A stretch of 64,000 bases of DNA from positions 14,957,507 through 15,021,506 of the forward strand of contig JASCQW010000105.1 in the NCBI GenBank assembly GCA_030264375.1. The letters are read 5' to 3'. Made by a program: the position numbers and the translations under genes. Numbering within the stretch: the stretch's first letter is position 1; each line of letters opens with the position of its first letter. Shown in pieces: positions 49,901-62,391 of the stretch. The stretch comes from Carcharhinus longimanus (taxonomy: Eukaryota). The notes below the pieces were generated by a model. It was given only the letters and a program-made list of their open reading frames with translations. It was not told where the DNA came from and made no database searches.

Positions 49901-51303
49901 GGTTGTTCAGAGTGCCAGATGGCATTAAGTTTGCTGTAATTTTTTTTTCAGCAGGGGGTTGGTGGGGGAAGAAATTATTTTTTGTGAAGTGATGTATGAA
50001 CTTTTTTTGATTTTAAAAGAACTAATTTATGTGACTAAGAGCAAAACTGATGGCGGTATTGAAGATCCTAAGGTGTACGGACAGTTAATAGTGAGAAACG
50101 ATTCCCACTCCAAGCAATCATCAAGAGCTAAAGGGTACAGATTCAAAATAATTGGCAAAACAAATAAAATTTGAGAGTAAAATTGTTTGTAAGTTATATT
50201 TTTGCAAATTAGCAATATAACCTCAGAATATAGAATATGTATTAATAACGTTTTCACTTCTGTGCTCGGTACTGTTCCTTACTGTTTTCTGTCCCTTGTT
50301 TATACGAGAGAAAAAAGATTTTCAGCTATGGGCAGAATCGTGTTGCGGTATCTGGGATCTTCACTTGCTGGCTGGAGAGCTGGTGAAACCCCTGTGGTGT
50401 CTCTTTTCAGGAAGGCTCGCCAAACCACATGTCAATCAGATAATGGCAAGGTCACTGGTGGGCCTTCTCCTGAAATCAAGACCTCTGGAGTGGAAGTACC
50501 ACCTTGCGAGAGTTGTTGGCCAATCACTGGCACCACTGAGAGTGCTGTGGCTTCTGTCATAATGGCACTCCGAGAGTCCCAGGTTGTAGAGGACCCAGCC
50601 TAAAGATAAATAATATGGGAGGAGGTGTTGGGGACAATTGGAAGAGGTGGGCAGGGGAGATTGGAAGCAAGGGGCAGAGGTTGACTCACAGTGGCCCATG
50701 AACTGCTGTCTCCAAGCTCACCAACAGCAGAACAGAGGATTCCTCCCAAAATCAAGCCATTCCTGACCTCAGGGTATCCAAAATGCTTTACAGCCAATTA
50801 AATACTTCAGAAGTGTAGTTACTGTTGTCATGTAAGCAACCAGTTTCTATAAACAGCAATATGATAACATTGGCTGAGGGATAAATATGGACCAGGAACT
50901 GCTCTTTTTTGAAATAGTAGTAAGACCATTTACCATATGGGAGTACTAGCTGGACCTCGGTTTAGTGTTTCCTTGTCTACTTTTTCATCAAAATGGCATT
51001 GAAATATAAATTTATTACTTTTTACTGAATCACCTTGGCACTCAATTTTAGAGAATGATATGGAATGGAAGAAGGCTATTTGCCTCTGGGCATGGGACAA
51101 CTTTTTGAAAGAGTTACATATAGGGATAAACCAGAGAACTACAGACCAGTGAGTCTCACATCAGTGGTAGGGAAGCTATTAGAGAAACTTCCGAAGGAGG
51201 CCGNNNNNNNNNNNNNNNNNNNNNNNNNNNNNNNNNNNNNNNNNNNNNNNNNNNNNNNNNNNNNNNNNNNNNNNNNNNNNNNNNNNNNNNNNNNNNNNNN
51301 NNN

Positions 51304-51425
51304 AGGAAACCCACACAGACACAGGGAGAACGTGCAAACTCCACACAAACAGTGACCCAAGTGGGGAATCGAACCCGGGTCCCTGGCTCTCTGAGGCAGC
51401 AGCGCTAACCACTGTGCCGCCGTGC
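51304..51425 (-). mobile_element. HE1/V-SINE 5' part, cut by an assembly gap
   Basis: Reverse complement of GCACGGCGGCACAGTGGTTAGCGCTGCTGCCTC...GGTTCGATTCCC. Confidence 0.85.
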
Positions 51426-51439
51426 TTCAGTCCAAAACA

Positions 51440-51658
51440 GGGATGGAAGCATGGAGGGAGGGAGGGAGGGGGAGGAGTGGAGGGAGGGAGCGAGGGGAAG
51501 GGATGGAGGAAGGGAGGGAGGGGAGTGATGGGGGGAGGAAAAGAGGGAGGGATGAAAGGAGGGAAGGAGGGAGGGATGGAAGGGGAGGGAGGGAGGGAGG
51601 GAGGGAGGGAGGAAAGAGGGATGGGAAGGGATAGATGGAGGGAGGGAGGGAGAGAGGT
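51440..51658 (+). repeat. (GGGA)n-like purine-rich low-complexity tract
   Basis: Runs of ggagggagggaggg directly visible. Confidence 0.9.
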
Positions 51659-52139
51659 AGATGTCTCCGAGGGGAAACTGGTGGAGGGCAGTGACTCCAA
51701 ACCTCCCAGGGGAATGGGCAAGGTTTCATGTGGTCAGTTTTTCTATGTTGCCAAGCCAATGGTCTCTGTATAGCGTCTATTGAGTTGTGGAAGCAGAATA
51801 GTGTCAGAGGGAAGGTTCTGGAACATGGATGTCATCACTCTGGTCGAAGAGCAACGTTTCAATTGATATTCATATCCGAACAGGAGGAACACCCAAATCT
51901 GGTCTTCCGGAGTGTTCCATACCTGAAATTGCTGAGATAGGGATGTGATGTCTAGAGAGGCCAGACAAAGTGCGTTGTCTTGTTGGCTTTGAGATGGAGG
52001 GTATTCTGTAAAGGACATGCTCACTGAGGTATTGGTGAAGCAAGCTACAGACAGCCCTGCCTTGGTTCTCACCCTGAGAGAGAGAACAGAAAGATAAGGG
52101 TACTCTGCTTCAGTTAGATAGGGATTGATGAAACTCGCA

Positions 52140-53872
52140 CATTGAACAGTGCGTGCAGTTTTAGTCTCCTTATTTGAGGAAGGATGTCAATGCATGGACA
52201 GCAGTTCAGAGGGTGTTTACTAGATTGATGCCTGGAAAGTGAGACTTGTCTTATCAGGCCAGTTTGGAAAAGCTGGGCTTCTTTCTGCTGGAGTTTAGAA
52301 GAATGAGGAGGTAAGATAATTGAAGGAGGTGAGATGTGAGCAGTATTGACAAAGTGGACATTGACCAGATGTTCTTTCCTGTGGGTGACTCCATAACTAG
52401 GGGCATTGTTTTAACATTAGGAATCGCCCCCAACAGGACAGAGATGGGGAGGGTTGTGTTCTATCAGAGGACTGTCCAATGATAGAACTCTCTGGTGCTG
52501 GAAGCAGGGTCACTTAATATTATTCAGACAGAGCTAGATAGATTGGGCAAAGGAATCAGAAGTGATCAGGAGTAGATGGGAATGTGGAACAAACAGAGCA
52601 GCCATGATCTTACTGAATGGCAGAAAAAGCTCAAGGGGCTAAATGGCCTCCTCCTGTTCCTAGTTCGTATGAAGAGAAAAAGAGCAGATCACAGGCTGGC
52701 CCAAGGCCTGAGCAGCAAGAGGAAGTGAGGTCTCACCGTCCTGGTGAGCAGGATCAGTGTGACAGTGAGCATTGGCCTGGGGGAGGCTGCATCGCAGGTG
52801 ATGCTCTTATCTGGAAATGAGCGAAAAGCAGTGCTGGAGGAACACAGGATGTAACTGCTCACATCTGCCATCCTCACCACTAGCAGCAGTGAGTGTAAGG
52901 ACTTTGTGGAGGAGCAGTGTAGAGCTCCGGGTTTGCATTGAATGAATGAGTTTCTGGTCCCTCTTAAATATGATGCTGTTAGGAAGCAGAGGTAGCTGTA
53001 AATTTAGGCTTAATTTGTGTTTCAGTATGTGTGTCGTGGGCTACATGAAGGTGTAGTCAGAATGGTCAAATGGACAGGTAAGTGGCAGGTGGAATTTAAC
53101 CCTGAAAAGTGTGTGTTGATACATTTTGGAAGGAGTAATTTGACAAGGAAGTATTGAATGAATAGCAGGACACTAGAAAGTTCTGTGGAACAAAGGACCT
53201 TGCCTGTTTGTCCATTTGATCTCTGAAAACAGAAGGGCATGTTGGTAGGGTGGTGAAAAAGGCACATGAGGCACTCGCTGTATCAACTGAGACAGAGATT
53301 ATAAAAGCAGGGAAGTGATGTTGGAGTTGTATAGAACTTTGGTGAGGCCACAGCTCGAGTACTGTGTGCAGTGCTGGTCACCACATTATCAGAAGGATGT
53401 GATGAACTGGAGGGGTGCAGAGGAGATTCACCAGGATGCTGCCTGGGATGGAACATTTAAGTTATGAAGAGAGGTTGCATAAGCTTGGGTTGTTATCATT
53501 GGAGCAGAGAAGACTGAGGCACAACCTGATTGAAGTGTACAAGATTATGAGAGACATGGACAGAATGATCACCTTAGTTGAAGGGTCAGTCACGATAGGC
53601 ATAAGCTCAAGGTGAGGGGCAGGAGGTTTAGAAGGATGTGAGGAAAAATGTTTTTACCCAGAGGATGGTGACAGACTGGAATGCTCTGCGTATGAGAGTG
53701 GTAGATCAGGGTTGCCTCACATCCTTTATAAAGTATCTGGATGGGCACTTAGCACATCATAACATTCATGGCTATGGGCCAAGTCCTGGCAGATGGAATT
53801 AAGTGGAAGTTTAGGTGTTTCTAATGTATCAGTGCGGACTCGATAGGCCAAAGGGCCTCTTATTCTATGATC
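52140..53872 (+). mobile_element. Two CR1 3' fragments (~52140-52670 and ~53030-53872)
   Basis: QRRFTRMLPGMEHLSYEERLHKLGLLSLEQRRLR, FFTQRMV..WNAL and CR1 tails. Confidence 0.85.
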
Positions 53873-54129
53873 ATTAGTCCCATTCCCTGCTCTTTCAACA
53901 TAGCCCTGCAAATGTTTCTGCTTAAAATATTTTTCCAGTTCCCTTTTCAAAGTTACTATCGAATCTAGATTCCAGTTTCTGGGATCCCAAGAAACTATCC
54001 TTAAGGAGGGGGCCCCTCTTATTTCACAGCAGCGTGCTGCCCGGCAGCGATACCATCCAAAAACACAGCATCAGTTTCCACATGTTTCAGATTTACTTTG
54101 CCACCTAATATCTTGAGCTTTGCACTGTC

Positions 54130-54960
54130 TGTAAATTGTCACAATGATTTGAGATCAGCCTCTCGACAAAAAGAGATTTCTTGCAATTAAATAATGGGAA
54201 GACTGAAGCTATTATCTTCTATTCCTTATACAGGTTCTGTTCTGTAGTCACCAATCCCATCTCAGTCCCTAGCAACCTCTCCAAGGAAACTGAACTAAGA
54301 TGAACTTTTGACCACATGCCCATATCATGAAGAGTATTTTCAGTTTCCTATCACCATCACTCTGCCCCTTCTTCAGCTCACCTGCTGCTGAAACACTCAT
54401 CCAAGTCTTTGTTACCTCTACACTTGATTATTCCAAAATATATCTGGCCATTCCCTTACATTCCCCCTCTGTAAATTTGAAATCATCCTAAACTCTGCTG
54501 CTTGTGTCCACACTTGGACCAAGTCCACTTTATTCGTTACCGCTGTGCTTGGTGACCCATTTTGGCCAATTTTAAAATTCTGATCTTCATTTCCAAGTTC
54601 ATTCACAGTCTTTCACTTTTCTGCCTCTCTAATTTCCTACTGCCATTTAGCCCTCCAAGATATCTGCACTCCTGTTCTCTTCAGCATCTCCAATTTTATT
54701 TGGTCCTCCATGGGTGACTGTTTCTTCAACCACCAGCGCCCTAAGTTCTGGAATTCCCTCTCTAAATCTCTCAACTGTTCTTTGACTTATTCCTCTTTTA
54801 AGATTATCTTTAAAGCTTACCTCTTTCATTAAACTTTTGTTCATCTGCCCAAATATGTTTTTCCATGACTTGGTATCAAATGTTGCGTTATATTGCACCT
54901 GAGAACTGCTGTGAATGATTTATTACTTTAAAAGCGCTCTATAAATACAAGTTGTTGTTG
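54130..54960 (+). mobile_element. L2-clade LINE 3' region
   Basis: FLQLNNGKTEAII, AAETLIQVFVTSTLDYS (L2 RT C-terminus), APKFWNSL, and a 3' end gcgctctataaatacaagttgttgttg. Confidence 0.75.
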
Positions 54961-55293
54961 AATCTGCTTCCACCACCATTTCAGGCAGTGTATTCCAAAT
55001 CATGTTTGTTGTGTAAAGAAAATGTTTCCTTATGTCAAACCTTGTCCTTTTGCAGTTACCTTTTGTTCTGTAGTTACTGATCTTGATGTCACTGGAAATA
55101 GTTTCTTCTTATTTACTCTGTCCTTCATGATTTTAACCGCTATCAAATCTTCTGTTCACCATCTCTGTATTTAGAACATTTCCCAGCTTCTCTAATCTCA
55201 CCATGTAATTGAAATAATTTCAGTGGAAAATATCCTGTGGAGAGTAAGAATAATTTGATCATTCATGAAATTTCTTTTTCCGTATCTCTGCAG

Positions 55294-55394
55294 GGAGCTT
55301 TAGTAAGTGCTTGTGCAGATGACACACTTCATTTATGGAATCTTCGACAAAAGCGCCCAGCAATCCTTCATTCACTCAAATTCAATCGAGAACG
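55294..55394 (+). CDS. STXBP5L: Next internal coding exon (101 nt) of tomosyn-2 / STXBP5L
   Basis: Polypyrimidine tract plus cAG acceptor (tttctttttccgtatctctgcag) and GTaaga donor. It translates in phase 0 as GALVSACADDTLHLWNLRQKRPAILHSLKFNRE(R), which directly continues the previous exon. KFNRER is the STXBP5L-type sequence (STXBP5 has KFCRER, from memory). Confidence 0.95.
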
Positions 55395-55860
55395 GTAAGA
55401 GGTTGTTCATGTTGCTATTTTTCTGAAGTAGTGTGACAAGAACATTTTAGATGTAGTATCTGATGTACAAACATATCTTGGCTTGTAGTTTATTGAAATG
55501 ATTATGTTCATCTGCCTATATTCAGAAGCTTTACGTATATAATCAAATGAATACGTGTGACTTCCTTCCATACCAAGACTAACCTCTCAATTTAACTATT
55601 GCCAGCAGTAAGGCTTCTTCTTACTGCTATTCCTATATTTAAAGTTTCAATTTGTGTCTTGCCTTTTTTGTTCTATTTTGTTACAGTTTGCTGTTTATTT
55701 ATCTCCTGAGTTTTTCCACTCAAGGTGAATTGGAGTAAGGATATTAGCAGCCCTTCAGAACATTGCTCAAGTGGGTACTTTTCAGCACTTCTTAGACTCT
55801 CATGATGGGTGATATAACAAGGAGCATTATAGTTGAATTTGATGACATGCCTCCTGTTAT

Positions 55861-56658
55861 GCAAACATACACTCTTTGCAGCAAGGTTCTTGATTAATTA
55901 TCAGGGTCATTGTCCCCTGATTAAACAATTGTTTTGTTCAAATTAAACAATTGTTTTGTTCAAACAAAACAATAAATTTGTTTAAACAAAATCTCCTGTA
56001 CCTCATTTTAACTGTTGTTCTAAACCTAGTCAATCATTTGGAATGACAGATTAAAATACAGTCTGATTGTTTTTCATCAAGTTACGATATAGCTGAGACT
56101 GACCAAACCCCTAAATCAACACAAGGCAACATCGCTTAAGGAGAAGGGAAACAATCTTCAATGATTAAAGTGAGTGCAGATAAATCAATGCCAGCACTAC
56201 CTAACCTTAAGAACACTGATGCTCTGGTTTTGTTTTTAATTCTTGTTAATATTAAAATTTAGTAGTAATATTTGAGCAAGTGTAGCCATCAGTAGATGTT
56301 TTAAAGGTAAACATGGAACTAGTAGCTTGCTGCTATGGATATCAACTGGTTGGTTCGTTCAGCTTCATAATGCCTCTTTGCTTTTACAGAGTATCTAAAT
56401 ATATGATATGGAATACACTCCATGGTATTGTGTGGCACTATCATCAAGCTAAACAGGATAGATTTTGAACAGATCCAACAACTCAAGACTAGGCATCCAT
56501 GAGATACTGTGGGGCATCAGCAGCAGCAGATTTCTATTCAACCACAATCTGTAACCTCATGTCCTGGCATGGTTTGTTTGAACAAAGCAATTGTTTAATC
56601 AGGGAGCTATGCCCCTGATAATTAATCAAGGACCTTGCTGCAAAGAGTATAAGTTTGC
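55861..56658. repeat. ~90-bp inverted repeat pair (55861-55968 and 56573-56658)
   Basis: gcaaacatacactctttgcagcaaggttcttgattaattatcaggg...ctgattaaacaattgttttgttcaaacaaa versus its reverse complement. The left arm has a perfect 22-bp tandem duplication at 55920-55963. Confidence 0.85.
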
Positions 56659-58740
56659 GTTGCTGCTACCATTACTGCCAAGCCAAGGGATCAACCTTAG
56701 TTCAATGAAGAGTGCAGGAGGGCGTATTTACAAAAGAGATGTCAGTCTGGTGAGGCTACAAAATACTGGACTGTTGCATGCCAAACAGCATAAGCAGCAC
56801 TTAACAGACAGAGCTAAGCAATTCCACAAGGAATCAGATCTAAATTCTGTAGTCCTGCCACATCTATTATGACGGTGGTGAGCTTCACTAATATCCCATC
56901 CTCAATGATGGGGGAGCCCAGCATATCAGTGCAGCATTTGCAATAATCTTCAGCCAGAAAAGCCTTTTGGATGATCCATCTTGGCCTCCTCTGGAGGTCC
57001 CCAGAAGCACAGATGTCAGTGTTCATCCAATTCGATTCACTCCACATTATATCAAGAAATAGCTGAAGGCACTGGAGACTGCAAAAGCTACGGTTCCTGA
57101 CTGCATTCTGGCAATAGTACCGAAGATTTGTGCTCCAGAACTTGTTGCACCCCTTAGCCAAACTGTTCTAGTGCAGCTACATCTCTGGCATCTACATGTT
57201 ACATTGCCCGGTTATGTCCTGTACAACAGAAAAGGGACAAATCCAACCCAGTCAACTACTGTCCCATTGGTTTACTCTCAATCATCAGTAAAGTGATGGA
57301 AGGGGTCATCAGCAGCACTTGGCAATAACCTGCTCACTGATGCTCATCTTGTGTTCAGCCAGGATCATTCAGCTCCTGACCTCATTACAGCCTTGGGTAC
57401 AAACATGGTCAAAAGAACTGAATTTCAGGGGTGAGGTGGGAATGACTGCCCTTGACAACATTTGACTGATTGTGTCATCAAGAAACCCTAGCAACATAAG
57501 GGGAATCCCTTAAGTTAAGGAATAAGGGGAATCCCCCCCCCTAGTTGGAGTCATACTTGACACAAAAGATGATGGTTGTGGTTGTTCGGATCAATCATCT
57601 CAATTACAAGACATAATGCAGGTGTTCCTCTGGGTATTGTCCCAGGCTCAACCAAATTCAACTGTGTCATCAATGACCTTCCTTTCATCATTAGTGGTGA
57701 TGTTTGCTGATGACTGCACAATGATCAGCACCATTTGTGCTTCCTCAGATGCCTAAGCAGTCCACATCCAAATGCAGCAAAGACCTGGACAATATCCAGG
57801 CTTGGGCTGCCAAGTGGAAAATAACATTCACCAAGGGCCAGGCAATGTCACCACTGACAAAAACTGCACGGGACTAGCCATATAAATATGGTGATTATGA
57901 GAGCATGCCAGAAGCCAGGAATCTTGCAGCAGTTATCTCACCTCTTGACTCCCCAATGCCTGTCCACCATCTACAGTGCACAAGGCAGGAGTGTAATGAA
58001 ATACTCTCCACTTGCCTGGATGGATGCAGCCCCAATAATATTGAAGAAGCTCGACACCATTCAGGACCAAACAACGTGCTCAGTTGCTACCTCTTCCACA
58101 AAACATATTACCGAGGAGGTGATGGTCTAGTGGTATTATCACAAAACTATTAATCCAGAAATTCAGTAACGTACTGGGGACCGCGGTTAAAATCCTGCCA
58201 CAGCAGATNNNNNNNNNNTTAGTTAATGAAGTAAATCTGCTGATCTTACCTGGTCTGTGTTGCACGTGACTCCAGAGCCACAGCAATGTGGTTGACTCTC
58301 AATTACCTTTGAGTAACTAGGATGGTCAATAAATGCTGTCCAGTCAGCATCGCCATGTGCACAAATGAACAGTAGGTAGCAGTGTGTACCATCTACAAAT
58401 GCACTGCAGGTTCTCATCAAGATACCTTAGGTAGCACCTTCCAAAAACCTATGACTCCTCCCATCTAGAGGGACAAAGACAGCAAATGCTTAGGAACATC
58501 ACCACCTTGAGGTTTCCCCCAAAGTCACTCACCTTCCTGAATTGAAATATATCACCATTCCTTCACTGTTACTAAAATCCTGAAACTCCCTCTCTATCAA
58601 TATTATGAGTGTATCTATACCTCAGGGACTGCAGCGGCCCCAGAAGGCAGTTCACCAGCGCCTTCTCCAGGGCCACTAGGGATGAGCAATAAATGCTGGC
58701 CTAGTCAGCAATGCCCACATACTGTAAATGAATTTTAAAA
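56385..58740 (+). mobile_element. CR1/L2-group LINE ORF2 and 3' UTR (second family)
   Basis: KRDKSNPVNYCPIGLLSIISKVMEG, AGVPLGIVPG, MFADDCT and RSVMKYSPLAWMDAAP..LKKLDTIQD; 3' end tagggatgagcaataaatgctggcc. The same family occurs at 40270-41205 (+) and in - strand pieces at ~23560-23775 and ~26535-26800. Confidence 0.8.
58113..58372 (+). mobile_element. Second copy of the MetaSINE-type SINE, inserted in a LINE
   Basis: gaggaggtgatggtctagtggtattatc head, cttacctggtctg...gtgactccagagcc core, and tagggatg-like tail (taggatggtcaataaatgctg). Confidence 0.65.
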
Positions 58741-59219
58741 AATGTGAGAGCAGTGATTTTGTTTTTGGACACTTCATTGCCACCAAATATGATCAAAAAA
58801 TGCTATACCTACTGATAATTCTGTACTGACCAGTTATTGTCTGCTAAATACTCAATGGAGAATTTAAACCATTGTCATTTTTTAAACTTTAGACTATTCC
58901 ATCTAGTTTTAATGTTAAAACTGCTCTCCTTAGAAGATTACGATTAGATAATAAGGTTAATGAGACCATATCTAAGCAGTTGTCTTGTGACCAATGTGAA
59001 ATATCTCAACAGTCCACAGAACAATTGTGGCATGACATAACACAGTGCAGAAAGAGACTTCGTTGTGCCTGTGCCAGATAAATGCCTTCAAGTAAAATAT
59101 ATTTAGCTACTCTGTCATTCCTGGAGCAACAAAAATGCTTCAAGGCCAGAAATGCAACTAATGCAGCGATTCCCAACCAGAGGCACAGTGATGTACTGTG
59201 CTGAAAAATATAGGTTTCA

Positions 59220-59815
59220 AACATAGAACATAGAACACTACAGCACAAACAAGCCCTTCGGCCCACAAGTTGCACCGATCACATCTATACCTACTAAGCC
59301 GTAGACCTATCTATAACCCCCACTCCCATTAGATCCCATATACTTATCCAGAAATCTTTTAAAAGACCCCAGCAAGTTCTCCTCTACCACCACCGATGGC
59401 AGCCGATTCCATTCACTCACTACCCTCTGAGTGAAAAACTTACCCCTAACATCTCCTCTGTACTTGCTTCCCTGCACCTTAAATCTGTGTCCTCTCGTNN
59501 NNNNNNNNNNNNNNNNNNNNNNNNNNNNNNNNNNNNNNNNNNNNNNNNNNNNNNNNNNNNNNNNNNNNNNNNNNNNNNNNNNNNNNNNNNNNNNNNNNAG
59601 GCACGACCTGCCCTTGACAAATCCATGCTGACTATTCCTGATCATGTCAAACCTCTCCAAATGCTCGTAAATCTTATCCCTCAGAAGCCTCTCCATCAGC
59701 TTACCAACCACTGAGGTCAGACTCACCGGTCGGTAATTTCCCGGGCTATCCGTGTTCCCTTTCTTGAAAATAGGAACCACATCCGCAATCCTCCAATCCT
59801 CTGGAACCTCTCCCA
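59220..59815 (-). mobile_element. Relatively young CR1 fragments around a gap
   Basis: GEVPEDWRIADVVPIFKKG..DSPGNYRPVSLTSVVGKLME..QHGFVKGRSC and TRGHRFKV...FFTQRVVSEWNRLP; (ACATAGA)n tail at 59221. Confidence 0.9.
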
Positions 59816-60810
59816 ACATACCAATGCATGTACAAAATCTATCTTTGTGTGCAGTCCTGAGGGCAATATCTCTATTTTCAGTGAACTTTGGGCTTTCTGT
59901 GCATGTGCAAGCCAGGAGCTGGTCAAACATAAATGATTTGGACTATTTATTTTTGCCAAACCTCCTGCATGTGCCCATGGGTCTGACAAATGTAAAAAAT
60001 CCCAAACTGTGCATGTGCAGCCTGTTTCCACTTAGCACGTAAATAGGGTGCCCGAGGTTCATCAGGAATTGGAGATGCTGATCTTGGATCTGAAGGCGAA
60101 GGCCCCATGCACCTGTACAAGGAGTGAAATCTCAAAAAGGGCACGAAGATCCAGGGACAATTGAAGAAGACAGGGAGAAAATAGAGGAAGAAGTCCAAAA
60201 ATGAAGTTCCAAGTAAGAGTAGCAGATAGGAGTAAGAAACAGGAACCAATAAAGTTAAGAACAAGAGAAACCAGCTCCAATTAGACAAAGGGCTGGGAGA
60301 GCAAACCTTAAGTGAAGACGTTTTAGTAGTTAAAAAGACCTTCAAAGAAGCCCCAAAAGTTGGAGTAGGCAACCAAAAATTGTCACAAGGTGTTGGGGCA
60401 AGGACGTACTTTTAGAGCAGTAATGTTATGCTTGGCATAACTGAAGAGCTGATATTCTTCCTGTAAATTGATACTTGAGGGCATTTATTGTGTAATGTAG
60501 TGAGTTTTGACCATTGTCTGCCACGGAGAAGTTCTTGAAGAGAACTGAAGAATCCTACTTTGATTCTGATGTGGCCAGAACAACAATACCTCAAGAGAGA
60601 AACTCAAGGTTCATACAAAGACCATTGGATTTTCATGGATTGATGCCTCTTGCTCTGCCCCAGAATACTTAATTTGCAGGGAGAAGTTGTAATGTATTAA
60701 GTTAAAGCACCGTTTGATTATAAAACACAGTTTGCTCCCTAGCAAGGATATATTGTACCTTCAAATGCTTGAGAGAACAAACTGATGTCCCAGCTTCAGA
60801 TAATTAATTG

Positions 60811-61700
60811 GAGGCAAGTTACCTGGTGGTTCAGCTCATAGCAAACTTGAAGAAGGTGCACACCATTATCAAAACCCTAATTCTGCCAGCATGCAAAGGT
60901 ATTGTGAAGTAATGTTGGGAGCTGTTGCTGCTGCCAAAGAAATCAACAAAGTACCTCTTTCTGATAATACAATCAAATGGCATATTGTTGAAATGTCAGT
61001 TGATATTAAACGGATGCTTCGAGAGAAATTAGAAATGAGTGAAAAATTTGCCCTGCAGATTGATGACTCCATAGATAGCACAGATAGACCCTGCTAGCTA
61101 TTTGCCAATGTCAGGTACATTGACAGGGATTCTATTAGTGTATTTCTTCTTTTGCAAAGAGTTGCCCGATCATGCTACTGAGAGGAAATCTTTCGTGTCA
61201 CAACTGCTTATCTGGGGGAAAACAGCCTTAAGTGAACTGAGTGCATTTCATCTGTACTGATGAAGGCAGCTTCTATGAAGCGAAACTTCAAAGGATTTAT
61301 GAGTCCTTGATGGTTAATGTTAAAGGATTTGTGAATAAAATGAAAGAAGAGAATCCTGACATAAAGATCAGTCACTGTATCTATGTGTAAAATCACATCT
61401 TTTGAAATGGCACTGCTCACTATTTCATATGAAAAATTGAAAGCTGAGTGTCAAGGTTTACTCCTGTATGCTGAAGTGTGATGGCTGTCTTGGGGAAAGG
61501 TCCTCTCCCTTGTTTATGAGTTCCATAATGTGCTGAAAGAGGTTTCCACTCTGCATGAATTGCCACAGAAAGATTAAATATGCGATTATTCTTGGTGTGC
61601 TAAGGTTACATATTCTTCAGATATATTCAGCCATGTGAATGAGCTGAATGTTAAAATGCAGGGAAAAATAAGAACATTTTGACTTCTGCAGATAAAGAGA
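60811..61700 (+). mobile_element. hAT (Buster/Charlie-type) DNA transposase fossil
   Basis: EASYLVVQLIANLKKVHTI..LILPAC, INKVPLSDNTI, FALQIDDSID and LLYAEV*WLSWGK (cf. LLHTEVRWLSRGK), with stops and frameshifts. Confidence 0.85.
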
Positions 61701-62391
61701 AGTTTGAATGTTACTTCCCCTCCACAAGTATGAAAAACTTGGACTGGCTGCTTGATCCATTTAGTTGACTTTCTTTTGAATTGTCCAAGAAACTGTCTTT
61801 AAAACGACAGGAAGAATCCCCCAGAGCTCAGGATCGATCATACACTAAGTGAGTTTGCAAAAGGAGCCTGTCACTGCAGCAAGACCTATGAGTTGTCCTG
61901 CCATTTGTTCCTCCCCAGATCAAAAGACTGCTCACAGAGGCAGGCCCAGATACCATATTAACGATGCCAGTGAAATGTTGCTCACAATATTTCTACATTT
62001 GCACTTTGCTATTTATATATTTTAAATTTTAGTTTTTTTTGATTAAAAGGGAAGAAAATGAATGTTTTTATTGTTATGAAATGAACTTTCACTTTAAGAA
62101 ATGCAGACTTAAACTAAGAACTGAAATCATTAATGGGAAACACTTTTAAATTGTGTATGTTTTCTCTTAAGTAGGTTGTATTTGACTTGGAACTGGTGAT
62201 AAGGCTTTCATTATAAACTGCTAAACTAATGAAAATTTTATTAGATGGCGGCTTAATGTGTTTCTTTTATAAGTTGTTAGAGATGAAAGGCTTTTACTGG
62301 AGGGCAATTCAGTTAGAGAAAATAGGATGTGTTTTATTTAATTTAAAGGTGTACTGTGACATCAAAGTGGGAACCACTGGAATGTGTTCTT

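Noticed and set aside
51179-51773. Pro-rich and Gly/Glu-rich ORFs
   Set aside because: They are translations of a GGGA low-complexity tract plus a SINE.
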